Origin: Octopus vulgaris
Taxonomy: Eukaryota
Length of the DNA stretch: 64,000 nucleotides
Direction of reading: 5' to 3'
Assembly (NCBI GenBank): GCA_951406725.2
Contig: OX597821.1
Location: 101,246,001-101,310,000 of the forward strand
In this document: piece by piece, positions 38,287 to 51,739 of the stretch
How the letters are laid out: each line of letters begins with the position of its first letter
Position numbering within the stretch: the first letter of the stretch is position 1
The notes under the pieces: generated by a model
Told to the model about the DNA's origin: nothing
Database searches by the model: none
Seen by the model: only the letters and a program-made list of their open reading frames with translations
Program-made: the position numbers and the translations under genes

Positions 38287-40086
38287 ATAAAAATGGGGGG
38301 AAAAGGAAATAGACTGGTTGGTAAAGCTTGCATTGCACTGATCATATGGTAAGGAGGAGAGGAGAAGAGAAACCGTCCTTCATGCAGTTTTTATTGACCA
38401 AATTGACCTACAAGGTATCACTCAGCCTGGGTTTATAGTAGAAGACACTTGCCCCAAGTGCCCTGCTGTGGGACTGAACTCAAAACCATTTGATTGCTAG
38501 ACTCCTTTCTAATAATTGTTTGAAATGGACTTCATTCACTGTTACTTACTATTAATTACCACAGGAAAAAAAAACTATTAACAAAAGAAAATATTTTAGG
38601 TGAAAATAAGAATAGATTATGTGAAGTACATATTGAACACGTATGGTTCCTAGTTGCCAGTATTGAGTATAAATTAATGATTGACAGTTTCTTTTATTTG
38701 ATATAATTCTGGTGTTATTTTATTAAAGTATCTTTACTTTCTCTAATTTTTCAAGTCTTGAAGTAGGATCCTTCTTAGTGTTAATCAAATCACATTATTT
38801 TCATGTTCTTTTTTCCTTTCTGAAATTGTCTTTATTCTAGCTATTTTCAAAAGTTTTATATTATTGCATGTGTGTGTGTGTGTGTGTGTGTGTTCAGGAG
38901 CTGAAAGAGAATAAAGAAAGAGGTGTTTGATGCAGCTGAAAGGAATTATTGCAAAACAAGTAAAGCAACAGTGACAAAATATATTTTGTTACAGGTGGGA
39001 AACAGAGATGAAGAGGTAAAGAGGAAGGACATGTTATGGACATACTGAGCAGTCAACATATCATATAACCAAGATATTGTTTGTTTGCTACTTACATTTT
39101 TTTATGATACATGATGATGCTAATTACATTTTGATATCGGTTCTACATTAAATATATTTTAAATATTGGGTGAGAAGAAAGAAATGTTAGTCTGTTGATG
39201 AAAGGGGTGTGTAGTAATGTGATAAATTTTATGCCATCTCATGAAATTGTGTGTGTGTATGTCTAGGATTAGAAGACAGAGACGGTATGAGGGATGGTTA
39301 GGAGTGATAACTGAACACACACTTCTCTAGAGAGAGAGAGAGATGCTGCTACTGCCGTAGAGAAAGGGGGAGAAACAGTTAGTAAGAGAGAGGGTGATAA
39401 CTGAATTTACTCTCTGATAGAGGGGGAGAAAGAAAAGGATATAATATGCTGCTACTAACAAAAGGAGAGAGAGAGAAACAGACAAAGATAGATAGAAAGA
39501 CTAGACGCTGCTACTAACTTAAAGAAAGAGAGAGGGAAAACGGTAGACATACTCCCCCATGAGTGGTAAACTGAGCAGCTGACACATTATATCACTTGAC
39601 CAAATGGTTATGGCAGACATTATGTGTAACCAACAAAACAAAATTTTCGTTTTATCTCATTTACCAGTTCTAACCAGTTTTGAAGTATTCTGTATTATTT
39701 TGATGACAGAGATGGGGCCATCAAAATAATGTAGAATATGTATTAATGCTCTGTTACCTGAGTCAATTGAATTATGAATTTGTGTTGGATGGGGTGGATG
39801 TGTGCATTTATGAGTTTAGAAAATAAATTGGAGGAAAAGTAGAGAAAATGAAGAAATGCAAGGAGTAGCTGTATGAAAAGGGTGAGAAATATATGCAGTG
39901 AGAGAGTGGGGAATAAGCTATCAGCAGACAATACACTGTATCATGTAACCAACTTAAAAGAATACAGCATAACATGATCAACAACAGACAAAAGAAATAA
40001 ACAATGTTGTCTATTGTTGTTGTTTTTTATTTTTTTTTATGCTTGTAATTTTATTTTACTATAAATCTTTTATAGAGAACAAATTT

Positions 40087-40720
40087 TAGAAAAAGAACTG
40101 GTGGGAATATTAGCCTGCCAGAGGAGTAAAAAAAATAGATATCACTGTTCTTTGGGACTTTAGTATCCATACTTATCATGCTATTTAGGCCAGTAGACCA
40201 GATATTGTGGTAAGAAATCACATTGACAAAACATGTCTGCTCATAGATATGTCAATCCCAGCAGACTGCAATACTTCTGTAAAAACATTTGTAAAGTTAA
40301 GTAAAGATAAGGACCTTGAAATAGAAGGCTCAAATGTAGCATCTGAGAACAACAACTGTACCTGTGATCATTGAAGCTTTAGAGACAATACCAAAAGGTA
40401 TTCTTAAACACTATGGCCAAATATCTAACTCCAAAGTATCAGAACTACAAAAAATTGTTCCCATGAGCACTGCTCACATCGGAAAAGAACATTGTCAACT
40501 TGAAAATATCTGATTCTCTTGAAACTCTTTCAAAACTGAGATACTATGGATTTAACAAAATCTTAGTGCTCAGATTTGGGTTTCCTTCATGTACAATATG
40601 TCATTGTTAATCATAAACAACACCCATAATAAAACATCCAACTTGTTGTTACATGAGGTGTCTGTTTTATAGAAACTGTTCCAAGTCTCACTCTAAGCAA
40701 TAATGTAATTAATAATAATA
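40087..40720 (+). mobile_element. R4/Dong-clade non-LTR retrotransposon 3' end (restriction-like endonuclease), ending in (TAA)n
   Basis: ITVLWDFSIHTYHAI*ASRPDIVVRNHIDKTCLLIDMSIPADCNTSVKTFVKLSKDKDLEIE...TTTVPVIIEALETIPK...LQKIVPMSTAHI. Confidence 0.85.
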
Positions 40721-40935
40721 ATCCTTTCTACTATAGATGCAAGGCCCAAAATTTTCAGGGAGGGCTCTGATCAATTACATCAACCCCAGTGCTCAACTGA
40801 TACTTATTACATCAATCTCAAAAGGGTGAAAGGCAAAGTCAACCTCAGCAGCATTTGAACTCGTAACATAAGTAAAACATATCCCTCTAAGCATTTTGTC
40901 TATGTGCTAATGATTCTGCAAGCTTGCTGCAATAA
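40721..40935 (-). mobile_element. SINE family B
   Basis: ATCCTTTCTACTATAG tail; AAAGGGTGAAAGGCAAAGTCAACCTCAGCAGCATTTGAACTC. Confidence 0.88.
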
Positions 40936-40945
40936 TAATAATAAT

Positions 40946-41276
40946 AAGGCAACACCAACATCCTCTCAACAATTAGCCGGAGATGATTTTTAAAATGAGA
41001 ATATCTGAAATAAACTCGACTGCTCTCTCAAATGAGAATACTGAAAATGAACCCGACCACTCTCAAAAATTAAAACCAGAAAAATAATCCAGAATCCTTG
41101 TCCAATACTGAATTGATCCCAAAATCTAATCAGTTTGTGCCAGTCATGAGGCCAAACATCCCTGAAAGTTTCATCCGAATCCATCCAGAAGTTCTTGAGA
41201 TATCTTGTCCATGGATAAACAAACTGACAAACATAACTGAAAACAATACCTCCACTTTTGCTAAGGCAGAGGTAAT
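40946..41276 (+). mobile_element. Helentron-associated non-autonomous element
   Basis: Ends AAAACAAT-ACCTCCACTT-TTGCT-AAGGCAGAGGT-AA subterminal hairpin; GAAAGTTTCATCCGAATCC core and ACAA/ACTG microsatellite; inserted in (TAA)n. Confidence 0.7.
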
Positions 41277-41277
41277 A

Positions 41278-41490
41278 ATAATCCTTTCTACTATAAGTAC
41301 AAAGCCTGAAGTTTTTTAGGGGTGGAGGCTAGTCAATTGCATTAACCCCTGTGTTCAACTGGTACTTTTTCCACCAACCCTGAAAGGGTCAACTTCAGCA
41401 GAATATGAACTCAGAATGTAAAGATGGATGAAATACTGCTAAGCACTTTGCTTGGCATGCTAACGATTCTGCCACCTAACTCCACTGATG
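41278..41490 (-). mobile_element. SINE family B
   Basis: Same tail and head as 40721-40935. Confidence 0.88.
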
Positions 41491-42459
41491 ATAATAATAA
41501 TAATCTATTGTTGTCAGGGGGGGGGGGGCACATTGTGACCCCACAAATCTTGTACATTCAATTCTTTGATTTTAAGAATGAAAGTCACATTTTCATTTTT
41601 CGTGGTTTAATTATGAAGTTGTAATTTCTATTAGAATTTATATGAAAGAAAAAAACATAACTTATCATTTAAAACCTGCCTCTGTAATATTATTATTATC
41701 ATGCCCTTTACTAATTCTGCTAATAATGAATCTTATATTATCTTAAAGGATCTCAATAGTAATACATATTGGAATTTTAAATTCTGGACTTGGGACTTAT
41801 TTGATTTTCATAGAAATAATATTGAATCAAGCTGATATTCATTTAAATTTTCAAATCTTTTTACGTCTTATTTGTTTAATATATCTTTTATCTTTATTGT
41901 ATGATTCAAGTGAAATAATTTGATTAACAGATCTCTAAATGTTATTTAATTTTATTAGATTTATTGAATTATTTATCCAAAAACCTGTTGCTTATTGCTT
42001 AATTCAGTTAAAGTATATTTTATAGATTATTCTAATATACTCTGATATTTAAATGGAATTTACATAGCATGCCCTCAAGTCTTAATATTAGGAGAATACA
42101 GATTTTTCACCTACAGAAAAGATGTTCCAATAAGCTATATTGGCAATTAAAAAAAAGTAACTGTTTTTCAGCAAGACTTTTATTAAACATTTTCCTACTT
42201 TCCAAATACAATTTCAAATTACCTTTTACCTTCTCTCTCTCTCCTCTCTCCCTTTCTCTCACTTTCTCCCCTCTCTCTTTCACACACACACACACACATT
42301 GTTTTGAATTAGTCCATGCTTTTTTAAAATTCTCTTTGTTTTTTAGCATTCTGTTAAATTTAAGCGTTCTCATCACCATGCCTATTTTTCTCTGACAGAA
42401 AGCTTTGAATAATGGTTTCAGATTTTGGCAAACTGCTAGCAATTGGGGTTTACATTACA

Positions 42460-42632
42460 TTACAATATATTGAGCCCAGTACTTGACTAGTTCTTTATTT
42501 TATCAACTTTGTAAGGATGAAAGGCAAAGCTAACCTTGACAGTATTTGAACTCAGAATATAAAGAGCCAGAAAAAAATGTTGCTAAGCATTTTGTCCAAC
42601 ATGCAAACAATTCTGTCTGTTTATCACCTTGT
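42460..42632 (-). mobile_element. SINE family B
   Basis: AAGGATGAAAGGCAAAGC...ATTTGAACTCAGAA. Confidence 0.85.
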
Positions 42633-43169
42633 AAACCTTGAATAATAAAATGTTGTACCACACAATTCAGAATTATCTCATCTGTAAAGCCTAAGACATG
42701 CTCTTAATATTTCATTCTCTTTAGCTTACCTCTACTTCACTGTTTGTTTTTGTTTTGTTTTGTTTATGTTATGCTGTAAGATTTAAGAGCTGTCATCATC
42801 ACCATCATCTTTAGCAGCAGCGTTATGCTTACATTTCTATAAATAGTAACTTTTTTCTTCTCCCATGCTATTTCTATCAATAACTTCTAGGATTTTTACC
42901 AAGCTTGCATTGACCATATGTATTGTATGTGTATATGTTCAAATCAAGTAATTCCCTTATCTAGCTTGCTTCCTCAGCATACTTGATAAGATGAGTTCTT
43001 TTATTTAATGTTAGCTGAGAGAATAACTTTACCTATTTGAATATATTGTCTGTGCAGGTAGTAATCTCTTTAAATTACTTCTTTCTACCACAATTTGGCA
43101 CTTCCCTGAGTTGGATTTCAAAGATCAGTTTCTTTCATTGAGCTAAATATTTTTTCTCCTTCTTTTTTT

Positions 43170-43520
43170 TTTACTTGTTTCAATTATTGGATTGTGACTA
43201 AGCTGCAATACCACCGCAAAGTATTTAGTTAAAGAAATTGACCCTAGTTTTTATTTTTAAGTTTGGTGCTTATTCTATCATTCCCCTTTTGCTGAAGCAC
43301 TGTTACAGGGATGTAAACAAACCAATACCAGTTGTCAAATGATGAGAAAACACACACACACACACATGATTGGCTTCTGCACTGTTTCCATCTACCAAGT
43401 TCACTCACAAAGCATTGGTCAGCCTCAGACTCTAGTAGAAGAACACTTGGACAAGGTGCAATGTAGTGGAATTGAACCCTAAACTACATAATTGTAAAGC
43501 AAGCATCTCAATCACAACAT
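43170..43520 (-). mobile_element. SINE family A
   Basis: TTCCATCTACCAAGTTCACTCACAAAGCATTGGTCAGC...ACACTTGGACAAGGTG. Confidence 0.85.
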
Positions 43521-44590
43521 GTTGCACTCATTGCAACCATGGTTATTTTGATGTGCAAATTGTTAACAAATATGGCTTTCATTTAGAAGTGATTCTTCAA
43601 AAGAGATCATTTATATAAAATAGTGAAATCCAGAGCCATAACCTGAAATACTATATCTTAATTCAATATTTGCAAGCTTTAATCCTTTGTTCCTTATTAG
43701 TACTTGTGGTTGTCTGTTTATGACAAAACTCTGGATCTAGTTTCAGGCTTAGCTTCTGGGTGTTTATCTTAAAGGCATTAGATAAATACAAAAATATTCC
43801 TTCCATTTGTTTAATGTTTAATGAATGTACCAAAATATTTGGGAATGTTATCAAGTGTGATCAACAGTTGATAAATATGATACATTCTATTCTAAACATA
43901 GTAACATCTGTATGTTACAATGAAGGTAAATCTAAAGATTAATGTAAAACTAGAGAATTAAATATTAAATTTAAAGAAAGATGTTTGTATCACTCTATCT
44001 ATTTGTGTATTTGTGTTCAAGTATATACATATTTGTGTACATATATATTTATATGTATCTGTATGTGTACATAGTTTTTAAAATTCACCTTCTTTAACAT
44101 TTTCTTTTACCAGAGGAAGTAGTTTATTTAACTTCTCATTTCTGACAATACCAAAGCAATTGTCTTCATCACCTGGCAAATTCATACTTTTTTTAAGTTA
44201 CAAGAGATTAGATCTTTCATCATAATTTGATAAAATAGGAAAATCTCAGTAGCAGCAGTGGTAGTAATAAGAATAGTAATGGGAAAAAAGATTCACTCAG
44301 ATAATATGTCTTAATATTCTGAACTTTATATTTCTTCCTTTCTTGACTCAGTAATGACAGACAAAATGTTTATCAAAAGCAAAACTCTCTGAACTTTTTT
44401 TTTTTTTTGGCTTTTACTTTGCACACTACAGCTGTCTTATATACTCAGATAACCTTTCTAAATAATAATCCTAGTTCCATTATGTTACATAAATAAGATG
44501 AAGTTTAATTTGTACATTATTGGAGACACCCACAGATGCTTTTAAGATTTTGTACTGATCCATTGTTTTGCAAAGTAATCATGAGTTTGT

Positions 44591-44621
<31 letters not shown>

Positions 44622-45409
44622 CAAACATACATGCACACACACACACACACACACACATACACACACAGCTAAGAATTTCTACCATATATCTCTCTTTGAA
44701 TTCAATAATATTTGTTGGTCAGAAAAAATAATTGATGTTTTAATAACACATAATGTTAGTTAGGAGATATACAATGAAACATAAGTAGGGGAACTCTCAG
44801 TGATCAAAAACTATTGAACCAACTTCAATTTTTCAATCATTGATATTTCACCTACTCTGCTAATGCCCCTGTAAGGCATTAACTTGAATCCTCTATTTTC
44901 TCAGCCTCTGAAATCAATCAGGTTGTTCACTTGTTGACTGATATTGTGGATCATAGAAGGTCAATACTGTATCTAGATGGTGTTAACAAACAATCCCATT
45001 CTTTTTTTCAATTCTAGCTTTTAATATTTATCTCGATTTTAAAATACTATATGATTAGAAAGTCCTTACATTTTAGCTGTTATGCTCTGTGTTTATTCAA
45101 GTGAATATTATGGGAACATTTTATTATAGTCTTTTTCTCACTGTATTCTTTGCATTCCTCTCCTGAAAGATATGCTTGCTCCACAGCCTTTTAAAATATC
45201 AGGTCCTATTCAAAGCTGTTGTTATCACAATTCCAAATGCAATAGCCATTTAGATTTCTTTTTAGATTGAAATACACAATCTTCATTTTCAATGAAGAAA
45301 AATACCCATTGCAAAACCAAATCTTTGGTAATCAAATGTACATAAAGTGTTATTTATCTCTCACAACAATATCAACTACTACCACTAACAGTATCTTTTT
45401 GTTCATTAA

Positions 45410-45900
45410 TCTGATCACCACCAATTTCATCATTTTTTAAAATAGATCTCTAGCACAATGTCTTGCCATTTGTTGTACTCTTTTACCATCTCTTTTATGA
45501 AGTTCAGCTTCTTGAGATCAGTTTCAGCACTTCCGCCCATATCTTCATTGGGCTTCCTCTTATGCAGGTTCCTTTAATTTGGATTACTAGTCATTCTCTG
45601 CATGTCTCACAGATTCGTACTATTTCAGTCTTCTCTCCTGCACTCTTCAGGTAATTCCTCTTAAATCCAACTTTATCTCAGTTCATTTGTAATCTGTATT
45701 TTATGCACACTAACATTTCACATTCAGTAGAGATATTCATCTCAGTTCTATCCAGTCTTGGCACCTCCTTTGCAGTCAAAGCTCATGATTTTCTACCATA
45801 GAACATTACACTTCATACACCAGCTTCGTACAGTTTGTCTTTCACTTGGAAAGAGAACTATTTTGTTAGCAGTAGCTCTCCCTGAACTTTTCCCTTTTTG
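45410..45900 (-). mobile_element. Decayed RTE LINE fragment
   Basis: Minus strand KFRE(L)LL...K...KLV(Y)EV..VLW.., homologous to the 50100-50260 part of the RTE below. Confidence 0.55.
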
Positions 45901-47669
45901 TTCTTGCTCTGGCTTTTATGCTTTTGGAACACCATTTACTGCCAAATGGCTCCTCTATGTAGCAAAAGCTGCCAACAGCCACCAGGGAGCCCAGTGAGTA
46001 CTTAAAAAAATTTATTCCATTAGTGTTCTTGTTGTTAACTACCATGTATTTGGTCCTGCTCATCTGTCAGCCTGCCTGTAATCCTACTTCATTTCTTGTA
46101 CAGCCACAGTTTACATTGGGTACTTGGAATAAAGATCCTACTTTCTTTTTTTCTGTATATTAAACATGGTTACTTGATAACTGGAGAGCCTACTCTTTCT
46201 TACTAAGATTTTTTTTGTTTGCTAGATTTACTTTAAAGCACCTCAATTTTTAGAATTTCTTCACTAATTCTAACACTATCTTGTAAGAAATGAAAAAAAT
46301 TCAGAAGAATATTAAACAAAAATACTTCCATACATAAGTGTTCATGTACTTTATAAATATTTGGATATTCATGCATGTACAAATTTATATATTCACATGC
46401 ACATATGAATGCATACACTCACACTTGTCAGCTTAGATTTAATCTATTGAGGATGTGTATGCAGATTTTACATATGTTTTAAATGTAGAACCAAATTCAT
46501 CTAAGTTTGTGCTGTTAAAAGGAGTTTTTGGAATGTTTCATTCTGTATTCAGCTCAGCTTGTTAGTAATATGTCAAAACACAGACATAATGTAGCTACTA
46601 AAAGTAGTTTACATAAGACCTTCATTATGACTACAAGCAGAATTTAATTCATTTAGTTAATTATGGTTTTGGTTTTTGAAAAGAATGATTGTACATGCAA
46701 TTAATGTGGTTTTGAGGAAGATTTACAATGAAAGTGACAAGAAGCTAATGAATATAGTAGTATAAAACTCGATAGTTTTGGTAATAAGATGTGTTTGCTG
46801 TTCTTCTTCTGAACATTTTCTTAAGGTTAAGATTTGTTAGTGTTAAGAAGTTTTCCAATCAAGCCAAATTCTTTCTATTATCATTGCAGTTGCTGGCAAC
46901 TGAGACTAATGTAACCTATAAAAACTTCATAAAACATAATAGGACTAAAATTCTTTTCCCAAGTTGAGAAAAAAGAAACTTTGACTAGTTTAAGGATTTG
47001 GACAAGAAAGTTTCTTTACAGATATTCAGGCCTTAAGTAGAGAACCTTTTTTCTTCATAAAAGTAGAGTATTAGGTTTTCCTTCAGTTAACATTTGCATT
47101 CTATTATAATTAAATATAGCTTGATTTTCTGTTCCTTATAATAAAAGACAGGTAAGGCTATTTGTAATTAACCTTACAAGACTGTTGTGTCAGTCTACCA
47201 ACCCATAATTTTTATGCTGGATAAAAGAAAGAACCAATCTTTTCAGTGCTTGTGTTCTTTTCTGTTGAGACTCAAATATTTTTTAATGTTAACCTTTTTT
47301 TTTTGTCTCATGTTAGCAAACAGGAGTACAAACCTAGACTTGGGTATTTATTTCATTGCAGCTGCACTAGCACACATCAAGTAAAGTGTACTTGTCTCTG
47401 TCCAGCCATAGGTATAGCACATACTATTTTACTACTATATTTGTTGTAGGCAAAACTATTTTACTAACTTTGCAGTGTATAATATACACTGGATAAATAT
47501 TAAAACCTGTATACAATCTTTATTATCTCAATATTTAGTAACAACTATAGTAAAGGATATTTATAACCTGTAACAAGTATATAAAATTAGTTTATATATG
47601 TGATATGTGAGTCTGTTGCTCTTTTGTCTCATTGTTGCTTATAATATCAAACATCTAGAATACATGTAA

Positions 47670-47865
47670 TTGCTTGTGTATCTTTGTGTTAGTTCCCCCC
47701 CCTCCTCTGCTTGACACCCATTGTTGGTTTGTCTACATACTTGTAACTTAGCAGTTCAGCAAAAGAGACCAATAGTGTCAGACTTTAAAAAAATAAGTCC
47801 TGGTATCACCTTCAAAGTGGTGTCCCAGCATGGCTAGAATCCAAAGACTAAAACAAGTAAAAGAT
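47670..47865 (+). mobile_element. SINE family A 3' half
   Basis: GTAACTTAGCAGTTCAGCAAAAGAGACC...AAACAAGTAAAAGA. Confidence 0.85.
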
Positions 47866-48519
47866 GCATGTATGTATATGTTGTATGCAGATTTTCAATA
47901 TATATTTTCAACCAGAATGACCCATACAGCCATGAGAAAACTAGATATCAAGGCAGCTAAGTAGCTTCAGAAACAAAATAAAATTAATAAAGATGAAGCT
48001 GAGAGAACCCCAACACTAACACACCAACCAGTTTTTGCATAAAGTCATAAACTCTGGCCAAGTCCATTGACATTGCTGAAGAGATAAGATATAGAAGATA
48101 GAGGAATTGTGAGAATAGATTTGAGAGTACATAAAAGGATAAAAAAAAAAGGTAAAACATGTCAAGGTTGTAGCAAATAAATACCAACAGTACAGCAATA
48201 AAAGCAAAATGAAGACAAAATGGACAGAATAAAAGAAAAAAGACCAATTATAAGATAATGACAACACCATTGTAAAACAGAGAATGTGTAATAATTTATA
48301 GCTGGGAAGAAATGGTATAACAATAAGTAATGAGTGTGAGTGCATATAACAGAAAAGAAGGAAAAAAAATAGCCATCGAAAATCACCAATGTCCTGTAAG
48401 AACTGGCTGACTTCTAACAGACTGTAAGGCAATAGCATATCAGTGGTCAAGTGGATAATGAACAATAAAAGATGTTCATTATCACACACAAACACATATA
48501 TCTGGTATTACTCTCAGTG

Positions 48520-49010
48520 CCCTCACATACCTACCATAGCCCTCCTCCTCCCTTGAACCACTCCTATATTTCATCATCACTTGTTACAGTTACCTCTACC
48601 ACATCACTAACAATCTCTCCTCACACTCACATGTAACATCTCCATCTTTCCCACTCATCCGGTCCATTCCTCTGTACCAGTATATTTACATACCTCCCAC
48701 TCCACTGTAAACTTAAGGGTAATGTGCCCTCATACTTCCACCACCATTTCTTTCTTCATCCTTCTTTTTGAACATCCCAATTGAGGGGCTTTTATCTTGC
48801 AAGTTACCTGGTGACCTTTCCATTGCTGGTCCCATATAAAGAGCACCCATTACACTCTGTAAAATAGTTGGCATTTTGAAGGGCATCCAGTCATAGAAAC
48901 CATGCCAAAACAGACAACAGAGCTTGGTGCAGTCAACTTGCCAGCTCCTGTCAAACGATCTAACCCATGCCAGCATGGAAAATAGACATTGCATAATGAT
49001 GATGATGACA
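48520..49010 (+). mobile_element. RTE-tail element with a pyrimidine-rich 5' region
   Basis: GAAGGGCATCCAG..., CTAACCCATGCCAGCATGGAAAA..GAC..(GAT)n tail. Confidence 0.75.
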
Positions 49011-49389
49011 ATATCCATTACTTGCAAGCAAGTATGGCTTTGTATCATACTTTTTAGGTGCCTATGTAGTCATGAGCAGACATAGACTCTTATCACCTTG
49101 ATCTAGCAAACCATCTAGGATGTGACAGCTGAAGAGAAAGAGGGGGCTGTACCAGAACTAGGACAGTACTCATTTTCAGCTGTGTAGACTGGAGCAGTAT
49201 GAAATGATGCACCCCCTGGTCCAGGAATTGAAATCCCTATCTTATGGTTGCAAGCCTAATACCCACACCAAAAGGCCACATTGAAACTAAAACAGTTAAC
49301 CTTAAGATAAGATCAGATAAGCCATTTAAAAACGAATATACTGTGATATTTACATGTTTTTTTTTATAGCAATGTGTGTGTGTGTGTGT

Positions 49390-51085
49390 CACATCATCGT
49401 TTAAATGTCCACTTTCCATGCTGGGATGGGTTGGTTGATTTGAGTAAAGACTAACAAGCCAGGAGGCTGCCAACCACTCTGAGACTATAGTGGGTGCTTT
49501 TTACATGCCACTAGCAAGGGGGCCAGTCAGGCAGCACTAGCATCAACCTTACTGAAATGGTGCTTTCTACATGCCACCAGCACGGGTGCCAGTCAGGTGG
49601 CACTGGCATCAACCATGCTTGAATGGTGCTTTTTACGTGCTACCAGCATGAGTGCCAGTTGGGCGGCACTGACATCAGCCACAACTACAGTATCTCTTGA
49701 CCTAACTGTTCTTCTCAAGCATAGCATATTGCCCAATGATTGAAGGGTACTTTTAAACGGGCCAGTTGTGTAACACTGGCATTGGCCACGGCTATGATCT
49801 CACATGGCTTGCTGGGCCTTCTCAAGCACAGCATATCTCCAAAGGTCTTGGTCGCTTGTCATTGCCTCTTCAGCAGGTTCCCTCCACTTTTAGGGTGTGA
49901 CACTTAACACAGCTGTCCTCATCCGTACACAACACATGACCATACCAATACACTCGTCTCTCTTGCACACCACATCTGATGCTTCTTATATCCAACTTAT
50001 CTCTCAGGATGCTTATACTCTGTCATATATGCACATTGACATTACACATCCAGCAGAGCATACTAACTTAATTTCTTTCAAGCCTACGCATGTCTTCAGC
50101 AGTCAAGGCCCATGTTTCACTGCCATGTAGCATGGCTATTCACACGCTTGTATCATACAGTCTACCTTTCCCTCTGAGCAAGAGGCCCTTTGTTACCAGC
50201 AGAGGTAGGAGCTCTCTGAACTTTGCCCAGCCTATTCTCATTCTAACAGCTACACTCTTAGAGCATCTGCTCCCAATACTGACTTGGCCACCTAGGTAAC
50301 AGAAACTATCAACTACTTCTAGTTTTTTTCTCAGGCATGTGATGGAATCTGTTTTCTGTACATCTTTGGGTTTATTACCCCTGTGCATCTGCCACACACA
50401 AAAATTATCTTCCCAGTTAACCTTCCTTTGATATTGCTGCACCTCTTATGTGCCCATAGCTTACACTGGATACACTTTATGGAGTTTCTACCTATGACTT
50501 TTCTACACATTGACCAAGGCCATCTACGTGAAGGGGTTTGTGATTTGTCTGCTTTCCTATTTAGTAAGACTTTGGTTTTTGTGAGACTGATTCTACAGCC
50601 CTTTGATTCTAGACCTTGCTTCCACACCTGAAACTTCTTCTCTATTAGAGCAAGGCTATTAGCATAGAGGAGCTCCCAGGGGCAACCTATCTTGAATTCC
50701 ACTGTTATTGCCTGGCATAAGAAGGGGCTGAGGACTGATCCTGGGTGAGCCCCTACTTCTACCTGGAATTCTTCACTACACTCATTGCCAACCCTCACCT
50801 TACTGACAGCATCCCTGTACATGGCTTGTACAACTCTCACCAACCACTCATTTATCCCTAGTTTCTGCAGTGACACCAAATAATGGATCAGGGGACCCTG
50901 TCAATAGCTTTCTCCATGTCAATGAAAGCTAAGTACAAAGGTTTATCTTTGGCTAGGAATTTCTCCTGCAGCTGTTTTACCAGAAATATTGCATCAGTGA
51001 TGCTTCTCCCTAGCACAAACCCAAACTGCATCTCACCTAAATTAACTGTCTCTTTAATTAGTTGGGCTATGACCCTCTCCATGAC
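49390..51085 (-). mobile_element. 5'-truncated RTE-clade LINE (RT pseudogene with embedded PHD-type zinc finger, 3' UTR tandem repeats)
   Basis: QFGFVLGRSITDAIFLVKQLQEKF...AFIDMEKAIDRVP; VGAHPGSVLSPFL; ELLYANS (decayed YADD); EVVDSFCYLG...RIGWAKFRELLPLL; frameshifts. Confidence 0.95.
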
Positions 51086-51104
51086 ATATATATATATATA
51101 TAAC

Positions 51105-51327
51105 CTTGTGGTTGGGGTGTTGCACTCACAATTGCATTTCAATTCCTTGACTGGGTGGTATGTTGTGTTCTTGAGTAAAAAATTCATCTCATATTACCCT
51201 GTGATCACTTTGATACCTGACATGTAGTACATCATGCACTGGTTCAGGCAACGTCAATTCAATGGAGGGAGTGAGCTAATGTATGACACATACATTTAAT
51301 CACTATAAACAAATCATTGTGCAGGTC
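51105..51327 (+). mobile_element. tRNA-headed SINE, additional family
   Basis: TTTCAATTCC B-box-like motif, GTTGTGTTCTTGAGTAAAA CORE-like motif; between (TA)n tracts. Confidence 0.6.
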
Positions 51328-51333
51328 TTTTTG

Positions 51334-51364
<31 letters not shown>

Positions 51365-51739
51365 ACACACTTGCAAGCACATGCACACACACAGTTGTGG
51401 AAAAAGGAAATAGATGTAATTATCACAGTATATCTGTTATTAAGTGGATCATCTAGCCCTATCACAAGGTAAGTTTTAGTTTCAATCATTAATCAAATCA
51501 CTTAACGAGACTTATACAGAAAATTATTCTGTTTGTTTTTACTTTTTTTTTTAGACTTTGACCTATAAATAATCTGTACCATATATTTGCAATTTTGGAT
51601 CTAAACTTATATTATTTTTATTAATATTTCCAATTGAAAATATTAATCCTTCCAATTAAAAATATTTTTGTATTGGGTCATTCCGTAAATAATGCAGTTT
51701 TTTATCTTTTATTTTTCAAAACTAAGATAAAGTTCTTTT

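Noticed and set aside
38995-39015. 21-nt purine-rich micro-exon candidate (also 27 nt at 47307-47333)
   Set aside because: Splice-like motifs of this strength are common by chance, with no independent support
47984-48495. Three overlapping hydrophobic minus-strand ORFs (up to 159 aa)
   Set aside because: By-product of an A-rich, strand-skewed low-complexity tract; no domain signal
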